From contig JAPHQU010000002.1 in assembly GCA_026195275.1 (NCBI GenBank), positions 69,964 to 133,963 on the forward strand: a stretch of 64,000 bases of DNA, given 5' to 3'. Both the position numbers and the translations under genes were made by a program. Below, one piece after another: positions 57,920 to 64,000 of the stretch (its first letter is position 1; each line of letters opens with the position of its first letter). Under the pieces are notes generated by a model, which saw only the letters and a list, made by a program, of their open reading frames with translations, was not told where the DNA came from and did no database searches. The stretch comes from Minisyncoccota bacterium. GTDB lineage: Bacteria > Patescibacteriota > Minisyncoccia > Phycocordibacterales > JABMNX01.

Positions 57920-59662
57920 ATGCGTACACCACCGTCAGACCTCAAATATTTCCTCTATGCTCGCAAGTCCACGGAAAGCGAGGATAGACAGGCGGCTTCC
58001 ATTGAGGATCAGGTTTCCGAAATGAAGCGTTTGGCAGAGCGGTTGGGTATTCAGATTGCGGAAGTAATCACCGAAAGCCATTCAGCAAAGAAACCGAACA
58101 ATCGTCCCCAGTTTACAAAAATGATGGAGCGTATTCACGCAGGAGAAGCCAATGCAATCTTGTGTTGGAAACTCAACCGCCTTGCCCGCAATCCCATAGA
58201 CGGAGGTTTGGTGAGTTGGTCGCTTCAACAAGGAATAATCCAGCACATTCAGACCTTCGGCGGTGGTTTCAGTCCAGACGATAATGTGCTCCTTATGCAG
58301 GTTGAGTTTGGTATGGCAAACCAGTATGTGAAGGATTTGAGCGTGGACACTAAGCGAGGTATGCGTAAGAAGGCAGAGCGTGGCTGGTATCCTGCTGGCG
58401 TGCTTCCTGCGGGCTATGAGCACCGCCCAAGCGCAAGCAACACGGGTGAGGACGAGATTGTGCCGAATGATGATTTTTCACTGGTAAAGAACCTGTGGGG
58501 TAAGTTGCTCACGGGGCGCTATACGATAATGGACATAAAACGCGAGGGAGACAGAATAGGATTGCGTAATCGCAAGGGACAGAAATATTCAAAAAATAAC
58601 TATTATGCGATGTTTGCCAATGAGTTCTACGCTGGTTGGTTTTATTGGGTGGACGAAAATGGAGTACACCAGCGCGTCCACGGCAAACACAAGGCAATGA
58701 TTAGCGAGGAGGAGTTTAGGAAAGTGCGTATTTTCCTTGGCAACCAAGGCGGCAAGAATAGATTGGTACGGTACACGTTCCCATTCAGGGGGAAAATGGT
58801 GTGTGGCGAATGTGCACGAATGATTACCGCCGAGCAAAAGATACAGGCGCGGTGTACGAACTGTCGGCACAAGTTTTCAATCAAACACACGAACGTATGC
58901 CCGCAATGCGAGACGGTGCTACAAGATATGGATAGTCCGCACATTGTGGATCGTACCTATTACATCTGCGTTGGTGCTACCAAGAAAATTTGCTCACAGC
59001 GCGGTGCCGTAGAGCAGGGCGAACTTACGAAGCAAATAGACCAAATCCTTCAGAATGTCTCTATCCCCAAGAGTTTCCACGAGTGGGCTGTGGACGCAGT
59101 GAAGCACGTAACCGAAAAGGACGCGGTTGAGGATGGAGCGACGCTAAACGTAATGCGGAACCGTGAGAGCGACCTTGAACAGCAGTTGAACGAGGTAACA
59201 GTTATGCGTGCCCGTCAGGAGATAACCCCTGCACACTTCAGCAAGACAATGGCAAGGATTGAAAAAGACCTTACCGATATTCGCGGAGAGATTGGCAAAA
59301 TGCACAAAAGCAAGATTGACTGGGGGCACATAGCGAACCAGTACCTCACCTTTGCAGAGACAGCGCAGGAGCGCTTTGAGAATGGAGACACGGCGACCAG
59401 AAAACTGATACTGGAGTGTATTAGTCCGAACCTGCTTTTGAAGGACAAAAAACTAAGCGTTGTAATGCCAAAACCACTGTTGGGTGTACGCTCTGCCTTC
59501 AATGTGCTATCCACTGACGTGCTGGGGTTAGAACCAGAAAAAGCCCTTGCGGGGCAAGGACTTTTTCAACGTATTGAACCCTCAAATACAATCGGGCTCC
59601 GCCTAGTAGACGACGTTCGAACCTATTGCCTTAGTGTACAAGTTAATCTTTTTGGAATTTAA
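57920..59662 (+). CDS. Large serine recombinase (integrase)
   Basis: YARKS (catalytic Ser), SIEDQ, SAK, RPQF, NRLAR, zinc ribbon CGEC...C...C with an extra CxxC pair, coiled coil. Confidence 0.93.
   Translation: MRTPPSDLKYFLYARKSTESEDRQAASIEDQVSEMKRLAERLGIQIAEVITESHSAKKPNNRPQFTKMMERIHAGEANAILCWKLNRLARNPIDGGLVSWSLQQGIIQHIQTFGGGFSPDDNVLLMQVEFGMANQYVKDLSVDTKRGMRKKAERGWYPAGVLPAGYEHRPSASNTGEDEIVPNDDFSLVKNLWGKLLTGRYTIMDIKREGDRIGLRNRKGQKYSKNNYYAMFANEFYAGWFYWVDENGVHQRVHGKHKAMISEEEFRKVRIFLGNQGGKNRLVRYTFPFRGKMVCGECARMITAEQKIQARCTNCRHKFSIKHTNVCPQCETVLQDMDSPHIVDRTYYICVGATKKICSQRGAVEQGELTKQIDQILQNVSIPKSFHEWAVDAVKHVTEKDAVEDGATLNVMRNRESDLEQQLNEVTVMRARQEITPAHFSKTMARIEKDLTDIRGEIGKMHKSKIDWGHIANQYLTFAETAQERFENGDTATRKLILECISPNLLLKDKKLSVVMPKPLLGVRSAFNVLSTDVLGLEPEKALAGQGLFQRIEPSNTIGLRLVDDVRTYCLSVQVNLFGI
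59596..59623 (+). other. Putative att site inside the 3' end of the recombinase gene
   Basis: GCTCCGC ctagtagacgacg TTCGAACC; resembles the tRNA 3' end read on the + strand (GCTCCAC ggacaggg CTCGAACC). Confidence 0.6.
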
Positions 59663-60191
59663 GCAAATCAGTTTTAGAAAACAATCTTCTGTCAGTTGAT
59701 TCTTTTATCATTCCAAATGATGGATTTTTACTGAAACCTATATACTCCACTTTCTTAGCTTTTGCTTTGATGACATATTTTATAGCAGGAATCAAATCTG
59801 TATCAGAACTAATTACTATCGCAGTGTCATACAAATTATCAACTGCACCTACAACTAAATCTACTGATAATTTAATATCAACACCTTTTTCTCTGATGCT
59901 GTTATTGTCGTACATTATTCGACCTCTTTTAATATCAAAATTTTCGGACTCCAGTCCTGCTAAGAATTTTTGTTGCCCTTTAACCATTTTCTCTCCTTTC
60001 TCTGTATTGTTAAAATTTTTAACTATGCCGATATAGTATCTTTTTGAAACAAGATTACGTTCACCAACAAGATGTTCGACAAAAGATGAGTAATCAAACT
60101 TCATTTCTCTTTCTGGCATCTCGGATTCCTTTAGTCTTTGGTAAGTATTTCCACCATCTATATAAATAGCAACTTTTTCTTTCTTAAACAT
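59643..60191 (-). CDS. NYN-domain (LabA/DUF88, PIN-like) protein, very AT-rich
   Basis: IYIDGGN, EKGVDIKL..D, ISSDTDLIP, KVEYIG. Confidence 0.9.
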   Translation of the reverse strand: MFKKEKVAIYIDGGNTYQRLKESEMPEREMKFDYSSFVEHLVGERNLVSKRYYIGIVKNFNNTEKGEKMVKGQQKFLAGLESENFDIKRGRIMYDNNSIREKGVDIKLSVDLVVGAVDNLYDTAIVISSDTDLIPAIKYVIKAKAKKVEYIGFSKNPSFGMIKESTDRRLFSKTDLLKFQKD

Positions 60192-60356
60192 ATGTTTATT
60201 TTATCATAAACAAAACCACTCCTGCCGAAGCAGGAGTGGTGCTGTTAGTACGTATATGATTACATAATTTATAAAATAAATCAAGAGGACTGTTGATATG
60301 TTTATTTGATAAATTAGTTGAGAATAGCTCTAAAAAATAAGGTTATTTTTACTCTG

Positions 60357-60429
60357 CTCCACGGACAGGGCTCGAACCTGTGACCCAGCGATTAACAGTC
60401 GCTTGCTCTACCAACTGAGCTACCGTGGA
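60357..60429 (-). tRNA. tRNA-Asn (GTT), CCA not encoded
   Basis: TCCACGGTAGCTCAGTTGGTAGAGCAAGCGACTGTTAATCGCTGGGTCACAGGTTCGAGCCCTGTCCGTGGAG forms a cloverleaf. Confidence 0.96.
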
Positions 60430-60558
60430 ATGTTTCAACATTTTACAAGAGAAGGAGAATATTGCAATACATAGGTTTTCACGATATGCTGTGTGTTCCG
60501 CGTGAAGCCAGACTTCGCGCGGATATTCATTTTAAAATCAATCAAAGACAATATTCAT

Positions 60559-61986
60559 ATGTCATTCATCAAGGAAGAGAAGACAAAAATCGTCGCAACA
60601 ATCGGTCCGGCAACTGAGAGCGAAGAGATGCTCACCAAACTCACGAAAGCAGGACTCGATGTGATGCGACTCAACTTCTCGCACGGTGACCACCAAGAGC
60701 ATCTTGGGCGTATTGTCGCGGCACGGAAGGTGTCAAAGAAGCTGGGGAAGACCGTGGCTATCCTGCAGGACCTTGCAGGACCCAAGATCCGTATCGGCGA
60801 GTTCTACCAAGAGCGCGTTATGCTTAAGAAAGGCAGTGTCTTTACACTCACAACGAAGAATGTTGTTGGCGACGAGACAAAAGTGTTTGTGAACTACAGA
60901 ACGCTTCCGAAGGAAGTGAAGAAGGGTGGCACCATTTTACTTGATGATGGAAAGAAGAAGCTCGAAGTTGTCGGCACAACAGCCGACTCTATCAAATGTA
61001 AGGTGATTGTTGGTGGAGAGACCAAGGGGCGACGTGGAGTGAACGTGCCCGGGGCGTATCTCAAGATCAGCTCACTTACCGCAAAAGATAAGAAGGACCT
61101 CGCATTTGGTATTAAACAAGGGGTCGACTTTGTCGCGCTTTCATTTGTGCGTCAACCGAAGGATGTTCTCGATCTTCGCAAGATCCTTGATAAGGAGAAA
61201 TCAGACGCGGCGATCATCGCAAAGATCGAGACTCAAGAGGCGGTAGATAATATTGATGAGATTATTGCACTTGCGGACGGGATTATGGTTGCGCGTGGTG
61301 ATCTTGCAATCGAGGTGCCGGCAGAAGATGTGCCGGTCATTCAGAAGATGATCGTGAAGAAATGCAACGAGCTCGGCAAGCCGGTTATTGTGGCAACACA
61401 GATGCTTGAGTCGATGATCCACTCACCGGTACCGACTCGCGCCGAGGTATCAGACGTCGCAAACTCGATCTTCGACGGGACGGACGCGATCATGCTCTCA
61501 GAAGAGACCACGCTCGGCGAGTACCCGCTTGAGGCAGTCTTGGTCATGAGCAGGATCGCACGGCGAGTTGAAGCACTCGCTAAGTGGCACCGCGAGATCA
61601 TGGTTCGCGAAGATGGTACCCAGAGTACGGTGGACACGATCTCAAGCTCAGCGGTTGATGTAGCTGACCGTGTGAAGGCGAAAGCCATCGTGGCGCTCAC
61701 CGAATCAGGCTCGACCGCGCGTATGGTCTCGCGTTTCAAACCAACTCAGCCGATTATTGTCATGAGTCCGAACGAGCGCGCGCGTACGAAGCTCTCACTC
61801 TCGTATGGGTGTTACCACGCACCGATTAAAGGTTTTACGTCGATCCGCGAGGTGACTAAGACAGTGAGCGTTTGGATGGCGAATAACAAACTTGCTAAAA
61901 AAGACGATAAGATCGTCATTGTTGCCGGTATTCCGTTTGGCAAGACAGGCGGTACGAACATGGTCTTTGTGCACAAGCTCTCGTAA
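60559..61986 (+). CDS. pyk: Pyruvate kinase
   Basis: TKIVATIGPA, RLNFSHG, GPKIR, AKIE, MVARGDL, ATQMLESM, PTRAE. Confidence 0.97.
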   Translation: MSFIKEEKTKIVATIGPATESEEMLTKLTKAGLDVMRLNFSHGDHQEHLGRIVAARKVSKKLGKTVAILQDLAGPKIRIGEFYQERVMLKKGSVFTLTTKNVVGDETKVFVNYRTLPKEVKKGGTILLDDGKKKLEVVGTTADSIKCKVIVGGETKGRRGVNVPGAYLKISSLTAKDKKDLAFGIKQGVDFVALSFVRQPKDVLDLRKILDKEKSDAAIIAKIETQEAVDNIDEIIALADGIMVARGDLAIEVPAEDVPVIQKMIVKKCNELGKPVIVATQMLESMIHSPVPTRAEVSDVANSIFDGTDAIMLSEETTLGEYPLEAVLVMSRIARRVEALAKWHREIMVREDGTQSTVDTISSSAVDVADRVKAKAIVALTESGSTARMVSRFKPTQPIIVMSPNERARTKLSLSYGCYHAPIKGFTSIREVTKTVSVWMANNKLAKKDDKIVIVAGIPFGKTGGTNMVFVHKLS

Positions 61987-62128
61987 AGAGATGTTCAAGG
62001 ACCCCAGAGGAGGTCGCATCCTCGGAAAAACGGAGCTCATGGGTCGTTACTCACGAGAGTAGAAAATTAAAAAACGGTGCGGTATAGTTAGTAGGCATTT
62101 TTAATCTTATAACTCGTAACGAATTTCT

Positions 62129-62383
62129 ATGTTGACACTCTACGTACTTACCGGCTGCCCATACTGCGAAAAGGTTCTCGAGAAAGTTGAGGCACTTGGT
62201 GTTGAGGTTGAGAAAAAAGATATTGTAAACAACGACTTTGCGAAAGAGCTTGAAGCGCGTGCTGGGCGCCGTCAGGTGCCGTATCTTGTTGACTCAGAGC
62301 GAGGTGAGGAGATGCTCGAGTCTGATGTTATTAACAAATACCTTGAGGAGCACTACGGCCCTGAGGTAGAAAGCAACGAATAG
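62129..62383 (+). CDS. Glutaredoxin-like protein
   Basis: CPYC, QVPYL, ESDVI. Confidence 0.88.
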   Translation: MLTLYVLTGCPYCEKVLEKVEALGVEVEKKDIVNNDFAKELEARAGRRQVPYLVDSERGEEMLESDVINKYLEEHYGPEVESNE

Positions 62384-62385
62384 CG

Positions 62386-62604
62386 ATGTACGTCCGAGTA
62401 CGAGCGCATCCCGATGCTAAGAAGGAGTTGATCCTCAAAGAGTCGGACTCCGAATACACAATCTCGGTCAAAGAAAAGGCAGAGCGGAATCAAGCAAATA
62501 AGCGCATTATTGAGATTATTGCCGAGGAATTTAACATTCCGACAAATCGGGTTAAAATGATTACAGGGCATCGCTCACCGCGGAAGATTATCAGTATAGA
62601 GTAA
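62386..62604 (+). CDS. DUF167/YggU-family protein
   Basis: VRAHPDAKKE, VKEKAERNQAN, ITGHRSPRK. Confidence 0.8.
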   Translation: MYVRVRAHPDAKKELILKESDSEYTISVKEKAERNQANKRIIEIIAEEFNIPTNRVKMITGHRSPRKIISIE

Positions 62605-62610
62605 ATTTTT

Positions 62611-62979
62611 ATGCAAAGCACTATCAAAACAACTAATTATGAGATGACTCCTGATGTGTCTGCGTACATTGACGAGAAATTCGTCACGTTTGAGAAATAT
62701 ATCAGCAAGGACGACGAGAGTGTAAAGTGTGACATTGAAGTTGGGCGCACCACCAACCACCACCAGACAGGTGATATCTATCGTGTGGAAGTGAACCTCT
62801 CGATTGGCAAGACTATGTTTCGCGCTGAATCAACAAGCAAGTCACTCCATGGCGCAGTCGATGAGGTGAAGGACGAGATCAACAAACAGCTCAGGCGAAG
62901 CAAGAAAAAACGAACCGATCTTTTCCGAAAGGGGGGTGACCAGATCAAGAAAATGCTCCGTTTCGGAAGAGGAGAGTAG
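62611..62979 (+). CDS. hpf: Ribosome hibernation promoting factor (RaiA/HPF family)
   Basis: TPDVSAYIDEK, VEVNL, RAES, AVDEVKD..KQLRR.K. Confidence 0.88.
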   Translation: MQSTIKTTNYEMTPDVSAYIDEKFVTFEKYISKDDESVKCDIEVGRTTNHHQTGDIYRVEVNLSIGKTMFRAESTSKSLHGAVDEVKDEINKQLRRSKKKRTDLFRKGGDQIKKMLRFGRGE

Positions 62980-62988
62980 CATGAGCAG

Positions 62989-63405
62989 ATGATGCAAACC
63001 TTCTACATTGCAGCGCGGGCTCGTCATCGCGCTGAGGAAGTCTCGAGACTCCAAGACCTCTTAAGAGAGAAAGGTCTTGAAAGCGCACTCGACTGGGTTG
63101 CGCTTGGGGCAAACGGAGAAGTCAAGAAACCGTACAAAGAGAATCCTAAGAACTCGGGGATGTTAGGTGACCTCATGCTTGAGGCGGCACAAAAAGCCGA
63201 TTTATTCATACTTCTTCACGATCAAGATCTTGAGGGAGCGCTTATGGAGTACGGAGTGGCGCGATATGCGGCTATACGTGACTCAGAGAAGCGAGTGCTC
63301 GTTGTTGACCTTGGTGGTCGCGACTCAATCTTCTTACATCGAACGAATGTGACCAATGTTGACTCTATCGAGTCCCTCAAAGTGTGGATCGAAGAAAATT
63401 TGTAA
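62989..63405 (+). CDS. Nucleoside 2-deoxyribosyltransferase-like protein
   Basis: FYIAA, DW, ADLFILL, GALMEYGVA pattern. Confidence 0.6.
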   Translation: MMQTFYIAARARHRAEEVSRLQDLLREKGLESALDWVALGANGEVKKPYKENPKNSGMLGDLMLEAAQKADLFILLHDQDLEGALMEYGVARYAAIRDSEKRVLVVDLGGRDSIFLHRTNVTNVDSIESLKVWIEENL

Positions 63406-63434
63406 TAAAAATAAATACCCACTTAAGTGGGTAT

Positions 63435-64000
63435 TTATTTTAGGTCGCTATAATCCATCTCTTTTTTCCCTTCGGGGATGACGCGTTTGATAGTAAATGT
63501 GTCGCCCTCGAGCGATGCGTCAGTGACCTTTACACGCTTGTCATCTTTGAAGAAAAAGACGCCCGGCCACTCTTTGTACGCGCGATACTTATTCCAATTC
63601 TCTTGTGCTGGTGCATTGAGCGATATCTCACCCTCTTCTTTTTTAATCTTCGGGGCGTAGGTTGCCGCAGAATCATCTTGTGGGGTGGGAGTAGTGTTTC
63701 CTGCTTCAAAGTAGGGGAGTGTGTCGATGAGGAGCTTTGCGCCAAGATCAATGAGTCGCGCACGGAGCTCGATGGTTGTCTCTTGTGGCTTGATATCTGT
63801 TTCTTCCACAGCGATGATATCGCCCGCATCAAGCTCTTTCACCACCTCTTGAATAGTGACACCGGTTTTCTCATCGCCGTTAAGGAGTGCTGCTTCAACA
63901 GGGGATGCCCCGCGGTATCTCGGCAGGAGTGAGTAGTGGACATTGATAATTCCTTTCGGGAAGCTTTTAATAAGGTCCTCGGGGAGGATCTTGCCGTAGG
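63435..64000 (-). CDS. fmt: Methionyl-tRNA formyltransferase (5'-partial)
   Basis: YGKIL, INVHYSLLPRYRGASP, TGVTI, LDAGDI, ATYAPKIKKE. Confidence 0.95.
   Translation of the reverse strand, partial: YGKILPEDLIKSFPKGIINVHYSLLPRYRGASPVEAALLNGDEKTGVTIQEVVKELDAGDIIAVEETDIKPQETTIELRARLIDLGAKLLIDTLPYFEAGNTTPTPQDDSAATYAPKIKKEEGEISLNAPAQENWNKYRAYKEWPGVFFFKDDKRVKVTDASLEGDTFTIKRVIPEGKKEMDYSDLK

Larger units (their letters stand above)
46187..59623. mobile_element. Integrative element (~13.4 kb) with large serine recombinase and type I R-M cargo
   Basis: Bounded by GCTCCGC-N13-TTAGAACC (46187-46214) and GCTCCGC-N13-TTCGAACC (59596-59623); terminal recombinase; close to tRNA-Asn. Confidence 0.7.

Noticed and set aside
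46187-59662. Prophage
   Set aside because: No capsid, portal, large terminase, tail or lysis genes are recognisable.
1-64000. CRISPR array or cas genes
   Set aside because: No regularly spaced direct repeats were seen. The PD-(D/E)xK domain at 35.4-36.2 kb is fused to a UvrD helicase and has no cas context.
1-64000. Alternative genetic code (UGA read as Gly)
   Set aside because: Core genes are full length under the standard code, and TGA terminates hsdM and other ORFs.

Overview
Bacterial genomic DNA (standard code), most likely from Patescibacteria/CPR (Parcubacteria-like). This lineage call is inferred from a short hinge-less SMC, a NusB-NUDIX fusion, a sortase with an IPYTG-type substrate, a SET-domain protein and near-leaderless promoters. 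Positions 1-41 kb and 60.4-64 kb are mostly housekeeping genes: pheT, gyrB, thrS, dnaE, rnhB, rpmF, nusB, rnc, smc, rnr, rpsP, khpA, trmD, rpoB, rpoC, dnaG, rpoD, a UvrD-nuclease, uppP, hisS, pyk, hpf and fmt. From about 44.7 to 60.4 kb there is an accessory region anchored at the 3' end of tRNA-Asn. It contains a DEAD-box helicase, a SEC-C protein, a type I R-M operon with three intercalated genes, a large serine recombinase and a NYN nuclease. The main finding is that this region looks like a tandem array of modules bounded by a shared motif, GCTCCGC-N13-TT(A/C)GAACC (46187 and 59596), which mimics the tRNA 3' end and lies inside the recombinase reading frame. Recombination at these sites would swap the recombinase C-terminus. 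Other highlights are an NlpC/P60 peptidase domain inside PheT, an orphan LpxC-like deacetylase, and a sortase substrate whose cytoplasmic tail resembles a DnaX collar domain. All calls come from reading motifs by eye; no database searches were run.
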